Origin: Methanopyrus kandleri AV19
Lineage (GTDB): Archaea > JAADCQ01 > Methanopyri > Methanopyrales > Methanopyraceae
NCBI RefSeq assembly: GCF_000007185.1
Contig: NC_003551.1
Span: 1,620,001 to 1,652,000, forward strand
Direction: 5' to 3'
DNA: 32,000 bases
Below, piece after piece: positions 1 through 7,365 of the stretch. The notes under the pieces were generated by a model, which saw nothing but the letters and a program-made list of their open reading frames with translations, had not been told where the DNA came from and did not search any database. The position numbers were made by a program, and so were the translations under genes. Position 1 is the first letter of the stretch. The number at the start of each line of letters is the position of its first letter.

Positions 1-722
1 GTGAGCTGAACCGCCTCGTGGAACGCCTCCGCGTGATCTCCCGCCTTCTGCCCTACCGTGGCGTCCAGGACCAAGAGTACCTCGTGCGGCTCGATACGTT
101 CCGCCATCTCCCGAAGCTCGTCGATGAGGTCCTCGCTCAGGCGGTCCCTACCCGCCGTGTCCACGATCACGACATCACACTCGTCCTTGAGTGCCTCCAC
201 ACCTTTGACGGCCATCTCGACGGCGTCATCAACGTCCTCCACGTGGACTGGGACATCTACCTCTTCGGCCAGTTGACGCAGCTGCTCACCCGCCGCGGGA
301 CGATACGGGTCCGCACCGACGAGCCCGACACGGTATCCCTTCCGCTGGAGGTATCTGGCCAGTTTCGCGGCCGTGGTGGTTTTACCCATACCGTACAGTC
401 CGACGAGCATGATGACGTTCACGTCGCGGGAGAGGTCGATGTCGAGGCCTTCCGTCTTCTCACCTCCAAGAAGCTCCACGAGCTCCTCGTACACTATCCG
501 CAGTAGGTAGTCACGTTTCGGCACTCCCGCGGGTGGTTCCTCCTCGAGGGCTCGCTTTTCAATGCGCTTGCTCAGTTCTAGCACGAGCTTTACGTCGACG
601 TCCGCCTCCAGAAGCGCACGTTGAACGTCGCGTACCACCTCCTTAACGAAATCCTCATCGATTATCGAGGCTCCTTTGATCTTCTTGGTGATTTCAGCAA
701 GCCTATCGGCGAATCCTATCAC
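1..722 (-). CDS. srp54: Signal recognition particle GTPase SRP54, N-terminal ~240 codons; runs off the left edge and is absent from the ORF track
   Basis: The minus frame is open from GTG (722-720) to the window edge. Translation is VIGFADRLAEITKKIKGASIIDEDFVKEVVRDVQRALLEADVDVKLV...GLYGMGKTTTAAKLARYLQRKGYRVGLVGADPYRPAAGEQL...VVIVDTAGR, matching the SRP54 N and G domains (P-loop, DTAGR). There is a GTGA stop/start overlap with ftsY. The listed + ORF 18..506 is its antisense shadow. Confidence 0.9.
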   Translation of the reverse strand, partial: MIGFADRLAEITKKIKGASIIDEDFVKEVVRDVQRALLEADVDVKLVLELSKRIEKRALEEEPPAGVPKRDYLLRIVYEELVELLGGEKTEGLDIDLSRDVNVIMLVGLYGMGKTTTAAKLARYLQRKGYRVGLVGADPYRPAAGEQLRQLAEEVDVPVHVEDVDDAVEMAVKGVEALKDECDVVIVDTAGRDRLSEDLIDELREMAERIEPHEVLLVLDATVGQKAGDHAEAFHEAVQL

Positions 723-1768
723 GATTCTTCCCCCCCAATTACGCGCTCGACGAACCATTCCGGCGAGAACGCCTTTAAGTCGTCGTAATCCTGACCGACA
801 CCCAGATACAGGATGGGGGCTCCCGTAACTTTCGATATAGAAAGTACGGCACCACCTTTGGCGTCCGCGTCGACTTTAGTCAGTATCGCGCAATCTATTC
901 CCACGTATTCGTGGAATGTCTTAGCCTGCTCGATCGCGTCGTTTCCGGCCAGTGCGTCGCCTACGAATACGACGAGATCCGGTTCCAGAACTCGCTTCAT
1001 CTTTTTCAGTTCTTCCATTAAGTTAACGTCGGTGTACGCCCGTCCGGCGGTGTCGACGAGGACGACGTCCTTCCCCTTCGCTTCCGCGTGCTGCACAGCG
1101 TTGAAGGCCACCGCCGTCGGATCGTCTCCCCGCTCACCCTTGATCAGGGTGACGCCGAGTCTTTCCGCGTGCTCCTCCAACTGTTCAATAGCGGCCGCCC
1201 GGAACGTGTCGGCCGCGGCGATTACGACCGAGTAACCGTGATCCTTGAGCAGTTTCGCGACCTTGGCGATGGTGGTGGTCTTACCGCTCCCGTTCACACC
1301 GACGAACATGATGATGGCCGGTCGACCATCTTGCCGGGCCTTCTCAACGGTCTCCATGAGATCGACCTCTTTCTTCGGCTCGAGTACCGATAGGAGCGCT
1401 TCGCGGAAGCCCTCCTCTACGACCTTAGGAATCTCCGATTTACCCTTAACCCGACGGCCGACCAGCTCTTTCTTGAGCTCCTCCCGGATGCTCTCGGCGA
1501 CTTCAACCGCGACGTCGTTGCTTATGAGTTCCAGCTCCAGCTCGTCGAGGATGTCCTCGATGTCGGCCTCTGTGATCGTAACCTCACGCTTGACCACCCT
1601 CTTCAGGCGTTCCTTCAACGTGGGCTTCTTGAGGTCCTCCGGCATCGTTTCGACTTCCTTAACTTTTGCTTCCTCGGCCTCCTCTGCGCGCTCCTCCACG
1701 CGCTTCGCCACCTTCTCCTTTACCTTGCTTAGAACGCTCTTCATCTTGCCGAACAAGCTCGAAGGCAC
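719..1768 (-). CDS. ftsY: SRP receptor FtsY
   Basis: 349-aa ORF with an NG domain: GVNGSGKTTTIAKVA P-loop, DTAGR and TKVDA motifs. The N-terminus is Lys/Glu-rich. The outermost start is GTG 1768; TTG 1756 (MFGKMKS...) is equally plausible. Confidence 0.95.
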   Translation of the reverse strand: MPSSLFGKMKSVLSKVKEKVAKRVEERAEEAEEAKVKEVETMPEDLKKPTLKERLKRVVKREVTITEADIEDILDELELELISNDVAVEVAESIREELKKELVGRRVKGKSEIPKVVEEGFREALLSVLEPKKEVDLMETVEKARQDGRPAIIMFVGVNGSGKTTTIAKVAKLLKDHGYSVVIAAADTFRAAAIEQLEEHAERLGVTLIKGERGDDPTAVAFNAVQHAEAKGKDVVLVDTAGRAYTDVNLMEELKKMKRVLEPDLVVFVGDALAGNDAIEQAKTFHEYVGIDCAILTKVDADAKGGAVLSISKVTGAPILYLGVGQDYDDLKAFSPEWFVERVIGGEES

Positions 1769-1797
1769 CCCCGAAAAACGTCGGGTTTCGGGAAGGA

Positions 1798-2271
1798 TTA
1801 CCCTCCACCGGACTGCTGGGCGATCCGCTGGGCACCTTCGAGCTGCTGCGCAAGTTCTTGTGCCTTCCTCTGCTTCTCCTGCAACTCCTGAGCCAGCTCC
1901 TGGAGCTTCTGCTGTGCTTCCGCGCGGGCTTTCTCTAGCTCCTGCCGCTGGTCGTCGATGCTCTCGAGTGCTTCATCGATCGTTCTCTCCACAGCCACGC
2001 CGGCTCCGATACCCACGATCACGCGCTCCGTGTCGGTGACACAAGCTCTGACGAACGACTGAGCACCCACGGGTACGAGGACTTCCTCGTCGCCCTCCAG
2101 CTCTTTAACGCCCTTCAAGGTCTCCTCGACTCGGTTCAGCTCACTGATCGAGGACTCTATGAGGTCTATTTGCGCGTTGATCGCCTCCATTTGCCCTTGA
2201 AGTCTGTTGATCTCGGCTATCAGTCGCTGTAGTTCCTGTTGGATCTCTTGCTCGTTCTTCTTCTCCGCCAT
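1798..2271 (-). CDS. pfdA: Prefoldin alpha subunit
   Basis: 157 aa. Two long heptad coiled-coil arms flank a beta core (VLVPVGAQSFVRACV...VIVGIGAGVAVE). It sits in the conserved position between rplX and ftsY, with a TAATG overlap with rplX. Confidence 0.9.
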   Translation of the reverse strand: MAEKKNEQEIQQELQRLIAEINRLQGQMEAINAQIDLIESSISELNRVEETLKGVKELEGDEEVLVPVGAQSFVRACVTDTERVIVGIGAGVAVERTIDEALESIDDQRQELEKARAEAQQKLQELAQELQEKQRKAQELAQQLEGAQRIAQQSGGG

Positions 2272-2513
2272 TACTCTTCCACACCCAGAAGCCGCCTCAG
2301 TATCGGATCCTCTACCTTAGAGGGGTCTATCTCCCGGATCTCTTCGATCTGAATCTCCATGCGGCTGACGCCGTGCTCGCTACCGAGATCGGAGTACACC
2401 TTCTCCAGCGCTTCCTCTTCGGACGTGGCCGGAACCTGACGCGTGAACGGTTGTCGAGGCTCGTCACCCATGCGGAACGTACCACGGACCTCGAACACCT
2501 TCACCTCGGACAT
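2271..2513 (-). CDS. rplX: 50S ribosomal protein LX (L18Ae/eL20 family)
   Basis: 80 aa, MSEVKVFEVRGTFRMG... Size, sequence pattern and the conserved position after eif6 fit archaeal LX. Confidence 0.8.
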   Translation of the reverse strand: MSEVKVFEVRGTFRMGDEPRQPFTRQVPATSEEEALEKVYSDLGSEHGVSRMEIQIEEIREIDPSKVEDPILRRLLGVEE

Positions 2514-2530
2514 CGGGAATACCCCCGGAT

Positions 2531-3196
2531 TCAGATGAGGTACAGGGCATCCTCCAAACGGGCGAGCTCGGGACCCGTCGTATCCTCACCGACAACAGCA
2601 CCTTTAGAGTTCACCACGATACCCACACCGACGTAGGGGGATCCGCGGTTCACTGTGCCGACCTCCACGTCCACCCCTAGCACCTCCGAGACACGTTCCA
2701 TTTCCTCCTCCGTCGCTCCTGGGTGTACCACGGCCCCCTTAGAGTTCGCCACACCCGCTGACCCTACGGTCTTCACACCACCGAGCTCACCACGTACCAC
2801 TCTCCCGCCGAGGACTGACTCGATCACCTCTAATGCGTGATCGTCGAGATCCGGATGAACCAGTGCCCCGTGATCGTTAGTGAGAACGAGGTTGCCGACG
2901 GCGTTCATTTTGGAGGGGAGCACGTCGACTTCCACGCCCAGCTCACGGACGACCCGTATCTCGTGCTCCCGAGCGTGTCTAGGGAACAGGGCGCCGTTGG
3001 AGTTCACGGCCAGTAGGGCGCCTACGAGGTTGCTGCCGGCCACGGTGGTCCGAACGACTTCGACGTCCAACGCTTCTTTCACTCTTTCAACGATGTCGTC
3101 CGGGACTTTGGGAGCGACGACGGCGTATTCCTCGGAGGCCGCTATCCACGCCCCGATGTTGGGGTCCCCGTGGACCGAGGCCTTGACTACGGTCAT
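2531..3196 (-). CDS. eif6: Translation initiation factor 6 (aIF6)
   Basis: 221 aa with the five-fold pseudo-repeat typical of eIF6 (GNLVLTNDHGALVHP, GVANSKGAVVHP, VVNSKGAVVG). Confidence 0.95.
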   Translation of the reverse strand: MTVVKASVHGDPNIGAWIAASEEYAVVAPKVPDDIVERVKEALDVEVVRTTVAGSNLVGALLAVNSNGALFPRHAREHEIRVVRELGVEVDVLPSKMNAVGNLVLTNDHGALVHPDLDDHALEVIESVLGGRVVRGELGGVKTVGSAGVANSKGAVVHPGATEEEMERVSEVLGVDVEVGTVNRGSPYVGVGIVVNSKGAVVGEDTTGPELARLEDALYLI

Positions 3197-3198
3197 GC

Positions 3199-3459
3199 TT
3201 ACTCCGCCAGCCTGACTTCGACGGTACCGTCCGCGTACTTCACGGCGCGAACTCTGATCTTAGAGGGTGGCTTCTTGATGCCCCGCTCCCAGATCTTCTC
3301 GTTCACGTCGTTGCCGATCCTGACCTCCTCCGCCTTCATGTGTCGTTCGATGAACTGCCTAAGCGCCTTGACGGCCCTCGGTGCGCGCTTCTTGAGCGGT
3401 GCCTTCTTCGCGTCGCGAAGCGGTACGGTGTAAACACGCTCGTCGACGACTTCAGCCAC
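3199..3459 (-). CDS. rpl31e: 50S ribosomal protein L31e
   Basis: 86 aa; RVYTVPLRDA...RAVKALRQFIERHMK...VRIGNDVNEKIWERGIKKPPSKIRVR is the eL31 signature. Confidence 0.95.
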   Translation of the reverse strand: MAEVVDERVYTVPLRDAKKAPLKKRAPRAVKALRQFIERHMKAEEVRIGNDVNEKIWERGIKKPPSKIRVRAVKYADGTVEVRLAE

Positions 3460-3474
3460 GTCCCAATACCCCCA

Positions 3475-3630
3475 TTACGGCTTCAGCTTGCTACGCCTCC
3501 AGTGCCTACGCTTCGGGTTGTCGATGACGCGTCCACCCGTTTTAGCCACAACCCACGGTGGGACGCGACGGTTCTGCTTGATCGCCTTGGCCATACGGAG
3601 TTTCTTACCCAGTGGTTTCACACGGGCCAA
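3475..3630 (-). CDS. rpl39e: 50S ribosomal protein L39e (51 aa; below ORF-track size cutoff)
   Basis: My own translation of the minus strand gives (TTG)[50 protein letters not shown]. This matches the eL39 pattern ([19 protein letters not shown]...KT......P.RRHWRR.KL). An in-frame GTG at 3621 is an alternative start. Confidence 0.85.
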   Translation of the reverse strand: MARVKPLGKKLRMAKAIKQNRRVPPWVVAKTGGRVIDNPKRRHWRRSKLKP

Positions 3631-3643
3631 TCGACTACCCCCC

Positions 3644-3997
3644 TCACTTCCGTTTGAACCTTATCCGATACTCCTTTCGCGTAGCGTCCGAGACCTGTTT
3701 CAGGATTCTCTTGAGTTGATCCTCGTCGATCTTCTCCTTCAACTGACCCGTTTGAGCCAGCTGTAGTAGGTAATTTTCAACCGCCTGAGCCAGCTGTGGC
3801 CTGGCGAGCCGGACTCGAGCCAGACGTTCCCGGGCTTCTGGGGTCAGGATCCTACGAAGCATCGCCCGGCGCTGGGCTTCCTCCAGTGCTTTCTTCTCCC
3901 TCTCTTCCTCGACCTTCTTCTCCTGCGACTCCTCCAGCTTGCGTTGGAGTTCCATAATCTTCTTACGCCGGATGCGCTCGAGCTCGGGGTCGGTCAT
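3644..3997 (-). CDS. PDCD5/TFAR19-family DNA-binding protein
   Basis: 117 aa. [37 protein letters not shown] is the PDCD5-family core. A GGAGGT Shine-Dalgarno lies about 9 nt upstream of the ATG. Confidence 0.85.
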   Translation of the reverse strand: MTDPELERIRRKKIMELQRKLEESQEKKVEEEREKKALEEAQRRAMLRRILTPEARERLARVRLARPQLAQAVENYLLQLAQTGQLKEKIDEDQLKRILKQVSDATRKEYRIRFKRK

Positions 3998-4026
3998 AGT
4001 GGCGACCTCCTACCCCCGATCGGCGG

Positions 4027-4476
4027 TTAGATGGGAGACGTGAATTTATCCGTGTATCCCTTCTCCTTGGCGATCTCATGGGCGGTTGAGTCGACGAGGG
4101 ACCTGCCTTCAGGTGTGACCACTCGGCCTTCTTCGGTCTTCTCGACCAGTCCGGCCTCCTCCAACTGCTGCAGGATCTTGCGGATGATCGCACCACTTCC
4201 CTTCCGGAACCGCTCGGGCCGGGCTCCCCGGTCCTGACGACCTCCGTAGTACGTGCGCAGTCGGGAGACTCCCACCGGGCCGTCCATGTACACTCGGCGC
4301 AGGATCGATGCCGCTCGCATGTACCACCAGTCCGGATCCTCCGGCGGACGCTCCTTGTGGCGGCCTGTCTTGACGTACTTCGCCCACTCGGGCGGTTTGA
4401 TCTCCTCGAAGTCCTTGAGCTTCTCCGCCAGACGCTCCACGAGCTCCGATCCGGGCACCACGTAGGCATCGTACAC
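4027..4476 (-). CDS. rps19e: 30S ribosomal protein S19e
   Basis: 149 aa; [50 protein letters not shown] is typical eS19. Confidence 0.95.
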   Translation of the reverse strand: MYDAYVVPGSELVERLAEKLKDFEEIKPPEWAKYVKTGRHKERPPEDPDWWYMRAASILRRVYMDGPVGVSRLRTYYGGRQDRGARPERFRKGSGAIIRKILQQLEEAGLVEKTEEGRVVTPEGRSLVDSTAHEIAKEKGYTDKFTSPI

Positions 4477-4521
4477 GGACCTAACCCCCCTCCGCCGGCC
4501 GCAGAGGGCGCGTTAATGGGT

Positions 4522-4839
4522 TTAACGGGAGAGCCCGTGGAACCTCCGCCATCCTTCTCTCGGTCGGAAGAGTACTGCCGTACGTCCGCGTACGTCGATC
4601 AGCTCCGCGTTGACCTTCCTGGCGAGTTCTTCGGCCAGCTCCTTCCGGTCGTACCGACGTAGGATGTTTCGCTCGAACCTGACCTTAATGAGTCCGCGCT
4701 CCTCCAGCTGTCGATCGACTTCCTGGATGACTCCGGAAGTCAGTCCTTTCTTCCCTATCCTCACAACGGGATCCAGCAGGACCGCGCGGGCTCGGAGTGC
4801 CCTACGCTCCTTACCGCTCAGGCGTTTAACCTGCGTCAC
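4522..4839 (-). CDS. YhbY/CRM-domain RNA-binding protein
   Basis: 105 aa; LSGKERRALRARAVLLDPVVRIGKKGLTSGVIQEVDRQLEERGLIKVRF matches the CRS1/YhbY (CRM) domain. Confidence 0.8.
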   Translation of the reverse strand: MTQVKRLSGKERRALRARAVLLDPVVRIGKKGLTSGVIQEVDRQLEERGLIKVRFERNILRRYDRKELAEELARKVNAELIDVRGRTAVLFRPREGWRRFHGLSR

Positions 4840-5212
4840 GATCCTTCACCCCCTCCATATGCCTGCGTCTCCGCTCCTTTACCTCCCGTAAGTACGGATA
4901 CCGATATATATAGCCACACTCGAGGCAGGTGACCGACACGTGGGGCATGCGGTTCTGTCTCAAGCGTACTCGGGCCGTGACCCCGGGGATGAGTGGGGTG
5001 TTACAGCGCTTACAGAAGCTACGCTTGAGATGCTTCGGAAGCTTAACCCGAGCTTTCATAGCTATCCTCCTGGCGAGCTCCACGTACCTCCGTGCCCTGT
5101 CCGGGTCCTCGTAGTACACCGTCCGGGCCAGCCTCAACAGCCGCTCAGCGCGCTCCAGGGCTATCCTGCGCAACAGTAACACCCCCGAACGAGGGGATTC
5201 GACCTTGCACAC
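4826..5212 (-). CDS. rnp4: RNase P protein component 4 (Rpp21/RNP4)
   Basis: Helical N-terminal arm plus a zinc ribbon, CKRCNTPLIPGVTARVRL...VTCLECGYIYRYP. There is a 14-nt overlap with the downstream yhbY-like gene. The true start may lie a few codons inside the ORF. Confidence 0.85.
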   Translation of the reverse strand: MCKVESPRSGVLLLRRIALERAERLLRLARTVYYEDPDRARRYVELARRIAMKARVKLPKHLKRSFCKRCNTPLIPGVTARVRLRQNRMPHVSVTCLECGYIYRYPYLREVKERRRRHMEGVKDRDAG

Positions 5213-6401
5213 CTGGCTCCTGCTATGGCTCCTGCTACCGATGACACCCGCGCAGGCTGATCCGACGAGTCACTACCTGGAAGTCCATCCGGATACCGTC
5301 CCGGTGACGCCCGAGGGGAGTCCGCTAGTTCCTGCCTACGTGGAACTAACCGACGAGGGGAAGGAGGCAGCCCTCTCCCTCCTCGAGCGTCTCGGAATCC
5401 CGTCGGATGAGGCCGCGGTGGGATACCTGGCCGACGTTTTCGTCGGGGAGTCGTGCCATGGAGGCACTCGGTGCCTCGTAGTCTACAATCCTCAGGACAC
5501 CACCGTCGAGGTGCGACCGTGGGAGGAAGATCGGCTCCCCCTAAGGTTACCACCGCTCCGACTGGACGACCATCTCACGGAACTGCTCCTGTGTCTACCG
5601 GTACGGGAGCAGATCACCCTTCAACCGGCCGTTCTCGAGCTCGGTTGGAACCTCGAAATGATGCAGCGATGCACCAAGGCCGTCCGCCTGCACAAATTCG
5701 GTGAGCCGACGGCCGTGATCGCGGTTTACGTACCCACCGAAACGGCCGCTCTCCGGGCGTTCGAATCGTTACTCCCCGACCCACGGAACGTTGCCCGAGC
5801 CATGCTCGAGCGTCTCTCCTCCGAGGTCCGCGATGCGATCGATGAGTATCTCGTGCGAGACCGGCTGGAAAGGTTGGTGAAATCGAGGCTAGGGAGTGAC
5901 GTCTACGATCGGGTCAGAGAATACTTCTCTTCGATGATACATTTGACGGTCAGCAAGATCGAGGAGCTGTACGACGAGAGGGTCCTCCCAGCACTGATCG
6001 AATGGTGTGCTGCCATCGTGCGGTACGTCGAAACCTCACTCATTACCGCGTTCGCACTTCTGTACCCCGACAACCCGAGCGCAGACGTCCTCGAGCGCCG
6101 GGTGGCCGTGTACAACTCTCCCTACTTCCAAATACTCCGAGACTGGCTGCTCGAACCTTCCTACACGGCCTGGAAGAGCGTTCTGTGCGATCTCGCCGTC
6201 ACCGTGGCCGATTCGATCTTCGAGGCAGCACGACCGGTCCTGTCGGCCTTGAGATTAGACTCCGAATCGAGCCGAACGACGCTCGAGGAAATCACGAAGT
6301 CCGCCGTGAAGAACTTCATTGAAGCCCTAGGTCCCTGTCTAAGGACAGTGTTAGAGCTGCTTCTACTGGACACACTCATGGGGCTGGCGTGGGCTTGCTG
6401 A
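5205..6401 (+). CDS. Hypothetical protein with no recognisable domain; possible signal peptide if the TTG start is used
   Basis: 398-aa ORF with normal amino-acid composition and high GC3. The N-terminus from TTG 5205 is MHTWLLLWLLLPMTPAQA/DP. An internal ATG at 5241 would remove the signal-like segment. The competing antisense ORFs are Arg/Pro junk. Confidence 0.6.
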   Translation: MHTWLLLWLLLPMTPAQADPTSHYLEVHPDTVPVTPEGSPLVPAYVELTDEGKEAALSLLERLGIPSDEAAVGYLADVFVGESCHGGTRCLVVYNPQDTTVEVRPWEEDRLPLRLPPLRLDDHLTELLLCLPVREQITLQPAVLELGWNLEMMQRCTKAVRLHKFGEPTAVIAVYVPTETAALRAFESLLPDPRNVARAMLERLSSEVRDAIDEYLVRDRLERLVKSRLGSDVYDRVREYFSSMIHLTVSKIEELYDERVLPALIEWCAAIVRYVETSLITAFALLYPDNPSADVLERRVAVYNSPYFQILRDWLLEPSYTAWKSVLCDLAVTVADSIFEAARPVLSALRLDSESSRTTLEEITKSAVKNFIEALGPCLRTVLELLLLDTLMGLAWAC

Positions 6402-6904
6402 GGTTCTTACAAAGGCGCGTCCTCATCGTCGGGTGCGGGAACGAGTTGTTCGGAGATGACGGGTTCGGACCAGCAGTGATCAAAGAAATCGAGCGCCGTG
6501 GATGGGAGCATCCGGACGTGGAGATCTTGGACGCAGGAGCGGGCGCTCCGCAGAACGTGTTCTCGCTAATCGACGAGGATTCGAAGGTCGAGTACATGGT
6601 AGTGGTCGACGCGGTGGACGTGGGAGCGGAGCCGGGAACACTACTGGAGTTCGGCCCAGAGGATCTCGATCCCAACTGTCGCATAGTACCAGTTGACGCC
6701 CACGGATGGAGCATAGAATCCGCACTGCTGGACCTCAACGAGAGGATCGGTATCGACTTCCGGATACTGGGATGCCAGGTGAAAGAGCTACCGATTCCCG
6801 AGGTCCAACCTGGTCTCTCCGATCCCGTCCGTAAGGCGGTACCGAAAGCCGCCGACCGTGCGATCGAGCTCGCCGAGCGTTACTTGGGTGAAAAGACTCG
6901 ATAG
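6389..6904 (+). CDS. frhD: Hydrogenase maturation endopeptidase, FrhD-like
   Basis: 171 aa. VLIVGCGNELFGDDGFGPAV plus the later VVVDAVD and PVDAHGW fit the GCGNxLxGDDGxG protease family (FrhD/HycI/HybD). GTG start; 13-nt overlap with the upstream orphan ORF. Confidence 0.75.
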   Translation: MGLLRFLQRRVLIVGCGNELFGDDGFGPAVIKEIERRGWEHPDVEILDAGAGAPQNVFSLIDEDSKVEYMVVVDAVDVGAEPGTLLEFGPEDLDPNCRIVPVDAHGWSIESALLDLNERIGIDFRILGCQVKELPIPEVQPGLSDPVRKAVPKAADRAIELAERYLGEKTR

Positions 6905-7365
6905 ACCAGTCCGCGGTACCTGACGCTGAGTGACCTAGCTCCCGAAGGACACGCCCGCACGCACTCTCCGCACCCTAAGCACTCACCGTCCGGTGATGGA
7001 CAGATTTCGGAGCACCGGCCGCACGCTAGGCACCTCTCGTCGTCGACATCCGGTTCCGCCTCGGTCCGAGGACCCATCACCCACTTCAACGCCTCAGCAG
7101 CGACGTCCACGCCCAACGCTTCACGGAGCTGGGGCCAAAGTCCGAAGGGCGGTGTCTCTTCGACCACACGACGTACCTTGTCACGCGTCTCTTCCGACGG
7201 GTAATCACCGCTTAGGTAATGTGAGACCGTGGATGGGTCAACGTCGAGCCGCGCCGCCACCTCGACGAGAGGCAGCTCGGATGCCATCCGCTCGGCGGCC
7301 AGGGCGCGGATCACAGCCTCCAAGTTGAGTCTCCCGCGCCGTAAGGCCGACCACCCCTGAATCAC
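6880..7365 (-). CDS. Predicted regulator: N-terminal helix-turn-helix fused to a 2x[4Fe-4S] ferredoxin module
   Basis: 161 aa. LPLVEVAARLDVDPSTVSHYLSG is HTH-like. The C-terminus is CLACGRCSEICP...CLGCGECVRACP, two CxxCxxCxxxCP motifs. GTGA overlap with the upstream flippase gene. Confidence 0.7.
   Translation of the reverse strand: MIQGWSALRRGRLNLEAVIRALAAERMASELPLVEVAARLDVDPSTVSHYLSGDYPSEETRDKVRRVVEETPPFGLWPQLREALGVDVAAEALKWVMGPRTEAEPDVDDERCLACGRCSEICPSPDGECLGCGECVRACPSGARSLSVRYRGLVYRVFSPK

Noticed and set aside
18-506. 162-aa plus-strand ORF (and 58..276) at the left edge
   Set aside because: It is antisense to the clearly recognisable srp54 N/G-domain frame. Its own translation has no family resemblance and reads as a mirror-image composition.
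813-2039. Plus-strand ORFs 813..1235, 1088..1393, 1245..2039 and 1666..1938
   Set aside because: These are Ser/Thr/Arg-rich low-complexity translations opposite ftsY and pfdA, which have unambiguous motifs.
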